From assembly GCF_934772795.1 (NCBI RefSeq), contig NZ_CAKVMR010000003.1, positions 831-64,830 of the forward strand: 64,000 nt of DNA. The letters run 5' to 3'. A program made the position numbers and the translations under genes. This DNA is from an uncultured Holdemanella sp. Lineage in GTDB: Bacteria; Bacillota_I; Bacilli_A; Erysipelotrichales; Erysipelotrichaceae. The notes beneath the pieces are model-generated. The model saw only the letters and a list, made by a program, of their open reading frames with translations. It was not told the DNA's origin and did not search any database. Positions 21,899-32,258 of this stretch are shown piece by piece (the stretch's first letter is position 1; the number at the start of each line of letters is the position of its first letter).

Positions 21899-22156
21899 AT
21901 GGAAAACAAACTATTTAAAAAGATTTCTAGAACTGGTGGAATTACGATTCCTGCACAGATTAGACATCAGATGAACATTCCAAAAGGTGCAGCAGTAGAA
22001 ATCGTTCAAACGGAAGACAATAGCCTTCTCATCAAAAAGCATATTCCCACATGCATGTGTTGTGGAACTGCTGACCATGTAAAAGTATTTAATAATGTAG
22101 AACTATGCACTACATGTGCTAGTAAGTTTGCTGGAGGTGGCGAACATGGAAATTAG
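21899..22156 (+). CDS. AbrB/MazE/SpoVT-family DNA-binding protein with C-terminal Cys cluster
   Basis: KKISRTGGITIPAQIR..MNI..GAAVEI; CMCCG...CTTC. Confidence 0.8.
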   Translation: MENKLFKKISRTGGITIPAQIRHQMNIPKGAAVEIVQTEDNSLLIKKHIPTCMCCGTADHVKVFNNVELCTTCASKFAGGGEHGN

Positions 22157-22778
22157 AGAGAAAGTTGATCGCTACGCTGAATTAGATGCACAATTGGCTG
22201 GCATCAAAAATGAAATGGAAAATTTAAAGGCTGATTTTGAAGAATACGCCGAAAAAGATCTGCAGGATACAAAACTAAAAACCGTAGAAATCTATGGAAA
22301 TAATGGTGCTAAAGTCATCGTACAAAATGCGGCTACAGTAAAACCAATTTCGTGGGTAGTTATCAAAGAGGTTTTAGGAAAGACTGTTCCTGATTTTATT
22401 AAAGAAGAAACAAAGCTCTCATTGACCGATGTTGCCAAAACAATGTTGGCGAATATGTTCAAAGGAGATTATATTGAAGACACATTATCTAATGTTGTCA
22501 CTCATATGACTCCTGATCAGAAGAAACAAGCGCTTCTTATGAAACGTTTAAAAGGAAAATACAAGCAAGATCAAAAGAACATCTTGAAGTACACAGACCT
22601 TAGCGAAAAAGAAGCGAGTGATAATGCATTCCTTGTACAGGATGTTATGGCTTATCAAAATATCTTGAGAATCATTGAAGCTTCGGGATTTGATGGAACG
22701 GTTGAAGAAGCAGTTGCTAAAATCAAGAGTTCATTGATTGTTGAAGATTCAATCAAGGTAACGCTAGAAGCGGAATAA
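22146..22778 (+). CDS. phage hypothetical protein (coiled-coil N-terminus)
   Basis: SD GGAGGTG; lies among Mu-like early genes. Confidence 0.7.
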   Translation: MEIREKVDRYAELDAQLAGIKNEMENLKADFEEYAEKDLQDTKLKTVEIYGNNGAKVIVQNAATVKPISWVVIKEVLGKTVPDFIKEETKLSLTDVAKTMLANMFKGDYIEDTLSNVVTHMTPDQKKQALLMKRLKGKYKQDQKNILKYTDLSEKEASDNAFLVQDVMAYQNILRIIEASGFDGTVEEAVAKIKSSLIVEDSIKVTLEAE

Positions 22779-22795
22779 CGGAAAGGAGCAATCTT

Positions 22796-23245
22796 ATGAA
22801 AACTGTTGAGAGATGGCAGACCAAAAAAATATATGCTATTGCAAATGCATTAGGATATGTTGATCGCCAAGATAAAGATAATGACATCTTGCATATGATT
22901 ATTTTTAGTCAGACATGTAAACATTCAACTAAGGAACTAACGTATCGTGAAGCCAATGAAATCATCGCCTACTTGGAAAAACAACAGAATAATAAGATTG
23001 ATGAAGTTATGACAGCAGGACAAAAGAAGAAATGCTGGTCATTGATGTATGAGCTTCAATCTTTGGATAGAGAACCAAATAATGCTCCTGTAGGCGAAAG
23101 ATTGGCGGGTATTATAGAAAGACAGTTCCAAGTAAAATCAACCCCACAACGCATATTTAATCGTCTTTCAAGAGATGATGGAAACAAACTGATTGAAATT
23201 TTAAAAAACTACGTTAGGACGGCTGAAAGAAAATGGATGAATTAA
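22796..23245 (+). CDS. GemA-like (Mu gp16) regulatory protein
   Basis: QTKKIYAIANALG...STKELT..EA..II...GNKLIEILK pattern; adjacent to mor as in Mu. Confidence 0.6.
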   Translation: MKTVERWQTKKIYAIANALGYVDRQDKDNDILHMIIFSQTCKHSTKELTYREANEIIAYLEKQQNNKIDEVMTAGQKKKCWSLMYELQSLDREPNNAPVGERLAGIIERQFQVKSTPQRIFNRLSRDDGNKLIEILKNYVRTAERKWMN

Positions 23246-23565
23246 TGACAGAAAGTGCAGATGTAACATTAGATGATTTAAATGAAGAACAGTTACAAGT
23301 CGTTGAAGTCATTGGTTTAGAAGCCTATAAGAGGTTGATTCACTATTATGCAGGAACAAGCATTTATATTCCTAAGTTCAGTGAAATCGAGCGAAGAAAA
23401 CGTAATGAGAAAATACGCATTGAGTATGAAAAAAATGGGGATATCAAAGCACTCGCATTGAAGTATGGCTTATCAGAAATACAGATACGAACAATCATCG
23501 GCGATTTGTTCAAAAACAAAAAAATCGATCCATACGAAGGACAAGTCACATTGTTTGATTTATAG
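23233..23565 (+). CDS. Mor/C-family transcription activator
   Basis: IGLEAYKRL..YYAGTSIYIPK...RNEKIR.EY...IKALALKYGLSEIQIRTI. Confidence 0.85.
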   Translation: MDELMTESADVTLDDLNEEQLQVVEVIGLEAYKRLIHYYAGTSIYIPKFSEIERRKRNEKIRIEYEKNGDIKALALKYGLSEIQIRTIIGDLFKNKKIDPYEGQVTLFDL

Positions 23566-23671
23566 AAAATTTAAAGAAAGTAGTAAAGTTTAACTATAAA
23601 GTAGTTTATTTTACCACTTTCTTTTTTTTATCTAAAATTTGCCTTGTAATAACGAGCAAGGAGGTATAGAA

Positions 23672-24028
23672 ATGGATTATTTTTTAGAATTGGCAATTGG
23701 TACAGTAATTACAATTATCACTTACTTTTTAAAAAAGACTATGGACAAGATTGATAAAACAGATTATAAAATTCAGCAAATTGAAAAAGATTATCTTACC
23801 GAAGTTGCTCATGAAAAAATCATTAAAGAAGTCAAGAAAGATATTCAAGATATTAAAACTGACTACACGCCTAAAACCGAATTCAAAGAATCGGTCAAAG
23901 AATTCAGAAACGATTTAAAAGAAGCACAAAAACAGTTCTTAACGAAAGAAGACTTTATTCGTGAACAACGAAAAACAGAAAATAAACTAGATGAAATCTA
24001 TAAATTACTATTGAAAGAGAGGGTATAG
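23672..24028 (+). CDS. phage membrane-anchored coiled-coil protein
   Basis: SD AGGAGG; N-terminal TM helix. Confidence 0.7.
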   Translation: MDYFLELAIGTVITIITYFLKKTMDKIDKTDYKIQQIEKDYLTEVAHEKIIKEVKKDIQDIKTDYTPKTEFKESVKEFRNDLKEAQKQFLTKEDFIREQRKTENKLDEIYKLLLKERV

Positions 24029-24030
24029 AA

Positions 24031-24372
24031 ATGGCAGATAAAGAAACATTAAAGAAGCGACTAGAAGCTGCAAACTTTATCAGCAACAATGGTCGCGTGT
24101 TAAGAACGATTAATGTTCTTAGATACAAGTACAACGAACTTAAAAGCGTTGAAACAGTGTTAGAAATGGATGGAGTTGAAAAATGGGAGTTTTTAGACTG
24201 CATCAACTATTTGACTGAAGAAAAATATATTCGCTTAAGAGATATCGCTACAAGAAATGAAGTGTTGGAGCTATCTCAGGATGTCAACTACAGAAACCTT
24301 GAAGCTAAACTTACTAGCAAAGGAATAAAGCTTTTAGCAAGAAACATTGTAGACGATATGATCGAGGTTTAA
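24031..24372 (+). CDS. phage hypothetical protein (possible winged helix, Mu gp26-like position)
   Basis: INYLTEEKYI...AKLTSKGIKLL; precedes gp27-like gene. Confidence 0.6.
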   Translation: MADKETLKKRLEAANFISNNGRVLRTINVLRYKYNELKSVETVLEMDGVEKWEFLDCINYLTEEKYIRLRDIATRNEVLELSQDVNYRNLEAKLTSKGIKLLARNIVDDMIEV

Positions 24373-24376
24373 ACCT

Positions 24377-24925
24377 ATGGCCAATCGGAAACACAGTAAG
24401 ATTGACAACTTGCCTGAAGATCTTAAATCTGTAGTTGAAACTATGCTTCAGTCTGATGCAACTTATACTGAAATTGTAGATTTTCTAAAAGAAAATGAAC
24501 AATCGGTATCTGTAGCTAGTGTGTGTAGATATGCTCGTTCGTTCAATGCCAATATGGAAGCATTGAAGATGACACATCAGAACTTCAAGTTAGTAAAAGA
24601 AGAATTGGATCGTAATCCTGATTTAGATATGGCAGAAGCGATCATCCGTATCACATCAGGTAACGTGTTTAATCGCTTAGCAAGCACGAAAGAAGAAGAT
24701 TGGGATGAAGTAGATTTAGCGAAACTTATGAAGGAGTCAAATGCACTTATTCGTGCGACTGCTTATAAGAAAAGAGTTGAAATCCAAAACCAAGATGTTA
24801 AGGATGCAGCGATTGAAGAATTTAAAACATTACTGTTCTCTTCCATGGCGAAGGAAAAACCTGAGCTATACAAGGAACTTGTCCAGTATTTAAACACAAA
24901 GAAAACAGAAGAAATGGAGGGATAG
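24377..24925 (+). CDS. DUF3486 / Mu gp27-like protein (putative small terminase)
   Basis: RKHSKIDNLPEDLK...TYTEIVDFL...SVASVCRY. Confidence 0.8.
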   Translation: MANRKHSKIDNLPEDLKSVVETMLQSDATYTEIVDFLKENEQSVSVASVCRYARSFNANMEALKMTHQNFKLVKEELDRNPDLDMAEAIIRITSGNVFNRLASTKEEDWDEVDLAKLMKESNALIRATAYKKRVEIQNQDVKDAAIEEFKTLLFSSMAKEKPELYKELVQYLNTKKTEEMEG

Positions 24926-24927
24926 AT

Positions 24928-25443
24928 ATGTGGTGTGTGATACAAGTGAAAGGAAGCCAAGAGCTTCAAATACAGAAGCAATTAGAGTTGGCTGGGTATC
25001 AAGCTCTTGTTCCAAGAGAAAGTCGCTTGATTCGTTCAGGAGGCGCTTGGATGCAAAGAGAATACATATTATTTCCTAACTATGTTTTCGTACAAACCAA
25101 ATTCAAAGCCGAAGACTTTTACAAAATCAAAGGTATTAATGGGGTTCAACGTTTCTTGGGGGACAAAACTTCTCCATCCACTCTTACCTTCCTGGAAGAA
25201 GAATGGGTAAAAATTTTAAACAACGATGGTCATCCGTTAGAACCAACTGAGGTAACGGTAGATGAAGATGGAAATGTCATCATTTTAAAAGGTATCCTTT
25301 TAAAATTTAAAAGCAGAATAAAAAGTTTTAATAAAAGACAAAGAAAAGCAACATTTGAAATTACTGTATGTAATGAAATTAAAGAAATCACGTTGAGTTT
25401 GAATGTGATTGATACTACAAAGCCAACAGAAACAAACGGTTGA
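24928..25443 (+). CDS. NusG-paralog (LoaP/UpxY-like) transcription antiterminator
   Basis: WCVIQVKGSQE, ILFPNYVFV, GVQRFLG NGN motifs; KOW-like C-terminus. Confidence 0.85.
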   Translation: MWCVIQVKGSQELQIQKQLELAGYQALVPRESRLIRSGGAWMQREYILFPNYVFVQTKFKAEDFYKIKGINGVQRFLGDKTSPSTLTFLEEEWVKILNNDGHPLEPTEVTVDEDGNVIILKGILLKFKSRIKSFNKRQRKATFEITVCNEIKEITLSLNVIDTTKPTETNG

Positions 25444-25633
25444 TTCGTCCTGTAAGCGGAAATTGGTGGTTAAATAGCATGAACCATCCTAGAAAATAAA
25501 ATATCTAGGATGGCGAAGCACACCCTAATGTTCGTAAAGGGCGCATTACCTTTTAATTCGCGCAAAAACCCCTTTAAAAAACGAATTAGGCATAAAGTTG
25601 AGTAATTGTGGGGTACAAGAAAAAACAACGCTT

Positions 25634-25658
25634 AAAATCGCTTTATAGCGATTTTTTT
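25634..25658 (+). terminator. putative intrinsic terminator upstream of terminase gene
   Basis: AAAATCGCT-ttat-AGCGATTTT continuing into a T run. Confidence 0.55.
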
Positions 25659-25681
25659 ATACAACGAAAGGAGATGATAGA

Positions 25682-27448
25682 ATGGGAAGACTCAAAAAAA
25701 GAAGTTTAGACATGCTTTTGGAAGGAATTTTGGAAGCTGAAAATCAAATAGCAGATAGTGAAGCATATGATACGCAAGAATATACAACCTATTTGAACGA
25801 CCTTTTAAAAGAGTTTTTAAAAAAGGACAACAACCTTTTAAGAAAACAACTTCTTGATGATTTTGAAAGAGGAGCTCCTCTTACTGGAAAGAATGGAATA
25901 CGAAAAAAACTGGCTTCGTTTGATATGGAATTTTTTGGAAGAGCCTACCTTCCTCATTACTTTGTCAGAAAGTCTCCCCACTTTCATGAAGAGCTCGATA
26001 ACATTTGGAAGCATGGCGTTATGAAAGACGAAGTACCACTTTCAAAAAGCGTTCAAAAGAAGATAAGCAGAATGGCAGGTTGCAAAAGAGCGATTGCTGC
26101 ACCTCGTGGTCATGCTAAATCAACGAACCTTACATTCAAAGGATCACTTCATGCAGCATTATATGAGTATAAGCACTACATCATTATCTTGTCCGATAGT
26201 TCAGAACAGGCTGAGAGTTTCTTAGATTCTATTAAAACCGAGATGGAAGAAAATGAACATATCATCGAAGATTTTGGGAAACTAGATGGTAAGGTATGGC
26301 GTTCGAACGTTTTATTAACAAAGACAAACATAAAAATTGAAGCTATTGGTTCAGGCAAAAAGATTCGTGGTAGAAAGCACAAGAATTGGAGGCCTGATTT
26401 ATTGGTTCTTGATGATATTGAGAATGATGAAAATGTAAGAACGGTTGACCAGCGAAAGAAACTATCCGACTGGTTTTATAAGGCAGTATCGAAAGCTGGT
26501 GATGATTACACCGATATTATTTATATTGGAACAATGCTTCATTATGATTCGTTGCTTGCTAATGTGTTGAAAAATCCAAGCTATAAAAGCATTAAATATC
26601 AAGCAGTCCTTTCTTTTTCATCTGCAGTTGATCTATGGGATGAATGGGAAAAGATATATACCGACCTTGATGAACCTGAACATGAAGCTAAAGCGTTGCA
26701 TTTCTTTGAACAACATAAAAAAGAAATGCTGGAAGGTACAAAAGTGTTATGGGAAGACAAACTTTCCTATTACAACCTTATGTGCATCAAGGTGTCTGAA
26801 GGTGATGCCTCATTCAATTCAGAATTACAGAATGAACCAATCAGCCCTGATGATTGCTTGTTCCAGGAAGAATGGTTTGATTACTACAACGAATTTGAAA
26901 TGAACTTTAATTCGAAGGATTTTGAATTCTATGGAGCAGTAGATCCATCGCTTGGTAAGAATAAGAAATCAGACTATTCAGCCATTATCACTATCGCCAA
27001 ACAAAAGGCAACTGGATATATGTATGTTATTGATGCCGATGTGATGCGTAGACATCCTGATCGCATCATTAACGATGTGCTCGAAAAAGAAAGATGGCTT
27101 AGAAAGACTTATGGAAAAGGTTTTAAAAAACTTGGCTGTGAAACTGTACAGTTCCAATGGTTCTTGAAAGAGGAAATTTCCAAAGCTTCTGCTAAAGCTG
27201 GGCTCTACTTGCCAATCGAAGAAATCAATTCAACTGGTGACAAGGTGCTGCGTATTCAATCGCTGCAACCTGACATCAAGAATAAATACATCAAGTTCAA
27301 TCGTAGACACAAATTGCTTTTAGAACAGCTTATGCATTTTCCTATGGCAAGCCATGATGATGCGCCTGATGCATTGGAAATGGCACGAACGATTGCTAAA
27401 AAAGGAAAGAGATTCAGAATATTAGACCGTTCGCTTTTTGGAGGATAG
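25682..27448 (+). CDS. terminase large subunit
   Basis: APRGHAKS Walker A, RGRKH, LVLDDIE, AVDPSLG, HDDAPDA nuclease motif. Confidence 0.93.
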   Translation: MGRLKKRSLDMLLEGILEAENQIADSEAYDTQEYTTYLNDLLKEFLKKDNNLLRKQLLDDFERGAPLTGKNGIRKKLASFDMEFFGRAYLPHYFVRKSPHFHEELDNIWKHGVMKDEVPLSKSVQKKISRMAGCKRAIAAPRGHAKSTNLTFKGSLHAALYEYKHYIIILSDSSEQAESFLDSIKTEMEENEHIIEDFGKLDGKVWRSNVLLTKTNIKIEAIGSGKKIRGRKHKNWRPDLLVLDDIENDENVRTVDQRKKLSDWFYKAVSKAGDDYTDIIYIGTMLHYDSLLANVLKNPSYKSIKYQAVLSFSSAVDLWDEWEKIYTDLDEPEHEAKALHFFEQHKKEMLEGTKVLWEDKLSYYNLMCIKVSEGDASFNSELQNEPISPDDCLFQEEWFDYYNEFEMNFNSKDFEFYGAVDPSLGKNKKSDYSAIITIAKQKATGYMYVIDADVMRRHPDRIINDVLEKERWLRKTYGKGFKKLGCETVQFQWFLKEEISKASAKAGLYLPIEEINSTGDKVLRIQSLQPDIKNKYIKFNRRHKLLLEQLMHFPMASHDDAPDALEMARTIAKKGKRFRILDRSLFGG

Positions 27449-27451
27449 AAA

Positions 27452-28804
27452 ATGGCAGTAATTTATATGGATAAAGAGAGTTTTAACTCTTTGGATGAAA
27501 ATGATATCAAAAGAATCTATATGGAAAACCGATATTTAAACAGTACATATAGAACTCTTGATAACTACTATGCTGGGAAGCATAAAATCGTGTACAAGCA
27601 AAAATACAACGCAAACGATCCCAATAATAAGATTGTCAACAACATGTGTAAGTACATTACTGATAGTATGGTTGGTTATTTTGTTGGAGATCCTATCAAA
27701 TACAACTCACAGAATGATGAGTATATGGAAAAGATACAGAATGTACTTGAATACAACGATGAACAGGACGAAAACACAGAAATTGCTAAAAAAGCATCCA
27801 TTCATGGCGATTGCTTTGAAATTTTATATATTGACGAAGATGCCAATATTCGTTTTACCAAAGTGCCAGCGAACGAAGGTATCTTGATTCGTGATTCAGG
27901 TGGCGAAGATAACTATTTAGGTTTTATTCGTATTATTCGTTCATATACCAAGCGAAAGGTCGAAATATTGAAGTTGGAATTCAGCACAAGTGAAAGCACC
28001 TGGTATTTTGAATCAAGAGCTGGTGGAAGCTTACAGTTGAAAGATATTGTTGATCATTACTGGAAAGATGTTCCAGTAGTTGAGTTTGTCAACAATGAAG
28101 AGCGAATTGGTGATTTTGAAGGCATCATCAGTATTGTGGATGCCTATAACACAGTCCAATCGAATACAGCAAATTTATTCCAATATAACGATGAGGCGTT
28201 GATGAAGATTTCTAAGCTTGGAGATGTAACAACAACCGACATTCAAGAGATGCGAAAAAAAGGAGCAATCATTCTTGACGATGGCGGTGATGTATCTTGG
28301 ATGTTAAAAGAAATTAATGATACAGCTTTAGAAAACTATAAGAACCGCCTAGTAAGTGACATGCATTTGTTTAGTTCAGTTCCGAATATGACAGATAATG
28401 CTTTTGCATCTAATCTTTCAGGTGTGGCTATTTCTTACAAGATGTGGTCAATGGATCAAGTCGTTGCAATCAAAGAAAGAAAATTTAAAAAATCGCTTCA
28501 AAGAAGGATTGAATTGATTACCAATATTTTGAATTTATTCGGCGGCAATTATGACTATCGAGATATCAATGTCGTATTTAATCGAAATCGACCTCAAAAC
28601 AAGCTAGAGAACGCTCAAATTGCTCAAATGATTTCACCGTTCATTTCTCATCAAACACTACTTTCTAAATTGGACGATATCGAAAATGTTCAAGAAGAAT
28701 TGGAAAATATCAAAGAAGAAAATGAAGATGAAGAGGTCAAGCAAGGTGTTTATCAAAATCTAGTCAAAGCATTTAAGCTTAGCGAGGATGAATTGGATGA
28801 ATAA
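27452..28804 (+). CDS. portal protein, SPP1 gp6-like
   Basis: YYAGKH, NNKIVNNMCKYITD..VGYFVG, NLSGVAI. Confidence 0.9.
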   Translation: MAVIYMDKESFNSLDENDIKRIYMENRYLNSTYRTLDNYYAGKHKIVYKQKYNANDPNNKIVNNMCKYITDSMVGYFVGDPIKYNSQNDEYMEKIQNVLEYNDEQDENTEIAKKASIHGDCFEILYIDEDANIRFTKVPANEGILIRDSGGEDNYLGFIRIIRSYTKRKVEILKLEFSTSESTWYFESRAGGSLQLKDIVDHYWKDVPVVEFVNNEERIGDFEGIISIVDAYNTVQSNTANLFQYNDEALMKISKLGDVTTTDIQEMRKKGAIILDDGGDVSWMLKEINDTALENYKNRLVSDMHLFSSVPNMTDNAFASNLSGVAISYKMWSMDQVVAIKERKFKKSLQRRIELITNILNLFGGNYDYRDINVVFNRNRPQNKLENAQIAQMISPFISHQTLLSKLDDIENVQEELENIKEENEDEEVKQGVYQNLVKAFKLSEDELDE

Positions 28805-29813
28805 GAATGAAAAAGAAAAACAGTTAGCAATTGCTAAAGATTGTCTATTGGATGAGCTAGAAGAAATAGATGACATTGTAGAAGATCTACTGGATGTCTA
28901 TGATGAAGCAGCTGAACGCTTAAAAGCAGATATTCAACGATCCTTGATTCGATTTGCCGAAAACAATGAAATATCTATCGAGGAAGCAAAAGGGCTACTA
29001 AGCAGCCAAGAATTTACTAAGTGGAAAAAAAGTATTGAAGAATACATTGAACAAATAGAAAAAGAAGCTGATGGAACAAAGATGTTAATGGAATTAAATA
29101 CTTTATCAGCTAAGACAAGCCTTTCAAGAAAGGAAGAACTGCTTTCGCAGATTGATAAAGAAATGATGAATTTAGCTAATAAAACCACAAGAAGTATTAA
29201 AAAGCATCTTGGCATCGTACTTGTCAACAACTATTATCGTGGTTTCTATTCTGTTCAAAAAACAGTCGGCTTGGGATTTAATGTTGCAAGATTTAATCCT
29301 CAACTGGTTAAAAGTGTTCTTGAATACCCATGGTCAACGAAAGTGTATTCCAAAACGATTTGGGATAACATTGACAAATTGACCGAAACCTTAAGAAAAG
29401 AACTGGCAACGGGGTTTGTGGATGGAAGTTCTATTCAGAAGATGACAAAGCGAATTGATGATGTTCTTGGTAAAGGTAAATATGTTACGGAGCGTGTGGT
29501 TAGAACAGAAGCAAAGTATTTTGCTCAACAAGCGCAATTGATGTCATATAAAAAAATGAAGATTGATGAATATATGTACAGAGGCGCTGGATGTCCCAAA
29601 TGCATACCATTGAATGGTAAAAAGTTCAAAATCGAAGATGCAATAGTCGGTGTCAATTGTCCGCCAATGCATCCGAATTGCAAATGCCGAGTAATCGCAG
29701 TTCACGCAATGAGTATTTTTGATCAAGAACGAAATGTCGTTCCGTTGGAAAAGAATATCAACTATCAAAAATGGAAAGAAAGATTTGTTAAAAATGGTAA
29801 TAAAGCGAAATAA
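28788..29813 (+). CDS. minor head protein (SPP1 gp7/MuF-like)
   Basis: ERVVRTE, CPKC, PPMHPNCKC. Confidence 0.88.
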   Translation: MNWMNKNEKEKQLAIAKDCLLDELEEIDDIVEDLLDVYDEAAERLKADIQRSLIRFAENNEISIEEAKGLLSSQEFTKWKKSIEEYIEQIEKEADGTKMLMELNTLSAKTSLSRKEELLSQIDKEMMNLANKTTRSIKKHLGIVLVNNYYRGFYSVQKTVGLGFNVARFNPQLVKSVLEYPWSTKVYSKTIWDNIDKLTETLRKELATGFVDGSSIQKMTKRIDDVLGKGKYVTERVVRTEAKYFAQQAQLMSYKKMKIDEYMYRGAGCPKCIPLNGKKFKIEDAIVGVNCPPMHPNCKCRVIAVHAMSIFDQERNVVPLEKNINYQKWKERFVKNGNKAK

Positions 29814-29851
29814 GGCTTTGTTATAGAGAGTGGTTAAAGGAGGAAAACAAA

Positions 29852-30457
29852 ATGGAAGAAGCTCAAGAAACAAAACAAGAAAAAACAATCGGAGAAAAAA
29901 TCAAAGAAGTTATTTTTGGCAAAAAGAGTGATGAAGAACCATCGGAGGTAGAAACAACAGTTGAAGCAGAACCAACTGCTGAAGAACCAAAGGAGGATGA
30001 GGCTCAAGAAGGCGCTTTATCAAAGGAAGATATGGATGCAGCCATTGAAAAAGCGAAAGCAGATGCTATTGAAGAATATAAAAAAGCACAGGCTGAAAAA
30101 GAAAGAAAAGCATCCTTGACGCCTGAAGAATTAAAAGCAGAAGAAGATGCTGAAAAAGACAAGAAGATTCAGGCGTTGGAACATGAGATTATGGTCAACA
30201 ATTCTAAAAACGATGCAATCAAAAAATTAGATGAAGCTGGTTTACCAGTAAAATTGGCAGATATTATTAACTATTCAACAAAAGAAACTGCTGAAGCATC
30301 GTTGGATCATATTATTAAAACTTATAGTGAGTGTCTTGAAAATGGAATTAAAGAGAAGTTAAAAGGTAAGACACCTGAAGGACTTCATTCAAATGCCGCA
30401 ATCAATGATATGCAGGATAAACAAAATAAAATCAGAAAATATATGGGAATTAAGTAA
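29852..30457 (+). CDS. capsid scaffolding protein (DUF4355-like)
   Basis: Acidic coiled-coil, EKLKGKTP C-terminal motif, precedes capsid gene. Confidence 0.75.
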   Translation: MEEAQETKQEKTIGEKIKEVIFGKKSDEEPSEVETTVEAEPTAEEPKEDEAQEGALSKEDMDAAIEKAKADAIEEYKKAQAEKERKASLTPEELKAEEDAEKDKKIQALEHEIMVNNSKNDAIKKLDEAGLPVKLADIINYSTKETAEASLDHIIKTYSECLENGIKEKLKGKTPEGLHSNAAINDMQDKQNKIRKYMGIK

Positions 30458-30472
30458 TAGGAGGAAAGAAAA

Positions 30473-31333
30473 ATGGAAAATGTAATTGATTATGCTACTT
30501 TATTTGCACCTTTGATGGATGAACTTTATAAACAGGAAGCTAAGACTTCTATCCTTGAAGGTGATGAAACCACTGTTTTAAAAGGAGCACATGGTGAAAT
30601 CAAGGTTGCAAAAATTGACATGGATGCACTTGGTGACTATGACCGTAAATCGGGTTATACAAAAGGAGGAACAAAATTTGCTTGGGAAACAGTCAAATAT
30701 GACAAAGAACGTTCTCAAGAGTTAAACATCGACCGAATGGATAACGAAGAAGCATTAGAAATGCCTGCATCTAAACTATTAAGCGAATTCATTCGTACAA
30801 AGGTTATTCCTGAAACGGATGCAGCTCGTATTGCTAAAATTTGTGGAACTACTGGTATTACAGTAAAAGAAGAAAAATTAGCTGACGGAGCAGCTGTTGT
30901 TAAAGCATTAAGAGCAGCATCGGACAAAATGGATAACGATGAAGTGCCTGAAGAATCACGTATCCTGTTCATTGTCGGTTCTTACCTTTCATTGATTGAA
31001 GATATGGATACAACCAAATCTAAAAAGATTTTAGATAAGTTCTCAACAATCATCAAAATGCCACAATCTAGAATGTACACTCAAATCACATTGGCAGATG
31101 GAAAAAGTGAATATGGTTATAAGAAAACACCAACAACTGGTAAAAACGTCAACTTTGTTGTGATTGAAAAATCAGCTGCAGTATCAGCGATGGAACAATG
31201 GATCAAGTATTTTTCACCTGATGAAAACCAGAATGGCGATTCTCATAAGTGGGATTATCGAAACAACAACTTATACGCGCACGTTTATGAAAATAAATTA
31301 GCTGGAGTTTATTGCTCACACGATTCTGAATAG
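30473..31333 (+). CDS. major capsid protein
   Basis: Position, size, LGDYDRKSGY, FIRTKVIPETDAARIAK. Confidence 0.8.
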   Translation: MENVIDYATLFAPLMDELYKQEAKTSILEGDETTVLKGAHGEIKVAKIDMDALGDYDRKSGYTKGGTKFAWETVKYDKERSQELNIDRMDNEEALEMPASKLLSEFIRTKVIPETDAARIAKICGTTGITVKEEKLADGAAVVKALRAASDKMDNDEVPEESRILFIVGSYLSLIEDMDTTKSKKILDKFSTIIKMPQSRMYTQITLADGKSEYGYKKTPTTGKNVNFVVIEKSAAVSAMEQWIKYFSPDENQNGDSHKWDYRNNNLYAHVYENKLAGVYCSHDSE

Positions 31334-31344
31334 GAGAACAAGAT

Positions 31345-31575
31345 ATGGAAACAAAAGGAACAGTAATTGGTTTAGGCACTGAAAAGCCTGGAAGTGAATT
31401 GGAAGAATTAAAAAAAGAAATTTCTAAAAAAGATGGTGAAATCAAAAAACTATCAGAAGAAAACACTTCTTTGAAAAAGAAGATTAATGAACTTGAAAAA
31501 GGAGGCTCTACAGATGGAACAAATGACAAAGATACTGAAGGAAGTTCTGGAACATCCAAAGGTAAGAAATCTTAG
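31345..31575 (+). CDS. small phage protein
   Basis: SD AGGAG directly after capsid gene. Confidence 0.6.
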   Translation: METKGTVIGLGTEKPGSELEELKKEISKKDGEIKKLSEENTSLKKKINELEKGGSTDGTNDKDTEGSSGTSKGKKS

Positions 31576-31903
31576 TGATGAACAAAAAGAACAGTTAGAA
31601 CCGATTATCACACGATATGCAAACCGTGTTAGATTAAAGGTTTTAGCGCATTGCAATCGTAATGATTTACCTGAAGCACTGGAATCAGTTGTAGCAGAAA
31701 TCACTGAAGAAATGCTGATGGCTGACAAAGTTGTTGCTACCGATAACAAGGAAGTTGCCAGCGTGAGTCGAGGTGATACAAGCATTACCTACAAAGATCC
31801 TGCTTCAGCCTATAACAATGCAATTGACTTTATGAAAGATTATTCATGTCAATTAGTCCACTTTAAAAGAATGAGGCTTCCAAGAGATCCTAATGATGAG
31901 TGA
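31487..31903 (+). CDS. head-tail connector protein (start uncertain)
   Basis: HCNRNDLPEALE, VASVSRGDTSITY. Confidence 0.75.
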   Translation: MNLKKEALQMEQMTKILKEVLEHPKVRNLSDEQKEQLEPIITRYANRVRLKVLAHCNRNDLPEALESVVAEITEEMLMADKVVATDNKEVASVSRGDTSITYKDPASAYNNAIDFMKDYSCQLVHFKRMRLPRDPNDE

Positions 31904-32258
31904 AGCTGAAATTCTAGCATTAACTTATTATGATAAAATGAGCGTTTATCGACCTTTTAAAGACACTTTACCGACTGGCGAAAGTGTCTTTTATAAAGGC
32001 CTAGATGGCAAAAAAATATATGATGATATACCATGCGCCTTGTCTAGCTTTTCTAATGGCAAGTCAAATAAAAATGATGTAAACGTTAAAATCGAAAGTG
32101 ATTATAAGTTGTTTTATGATCCAAAAATAAATGTTGAAAAGAATGACACAATCGTTTGTACACACGAAGGCACACGCTATGTATTGGTGGCTGGAAAACA
32201 ATATACTTTACCAAGTCATGCAGAGCTTCCAGTCTTGGAGGGTAAGAATACAGCATGA
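31893..32258 (+). CDS. putative head-closure protein
   Basis: Synteny in head-tail joining module. Confidence 0.6.
   Translation: MMSEAEILALTYYDKMSVYRPFKDTLPTGESVFYKGLDGKKIYDDIPCALSSFSNGKSNKNDVNVKIESDYKLFYDPKINVEKNDTIVCTHEGTRYVLVAGKQYTLPSHAELPVLEGKNTA

Noticed and set aside
25441..25500. Pistol or hammerhead ribozyme (TAAGCG and TTAAATAG words present)
   Set aside because: The motif order and required stems/pseudoknot could not be assembled; kept only as a generic structured leader.
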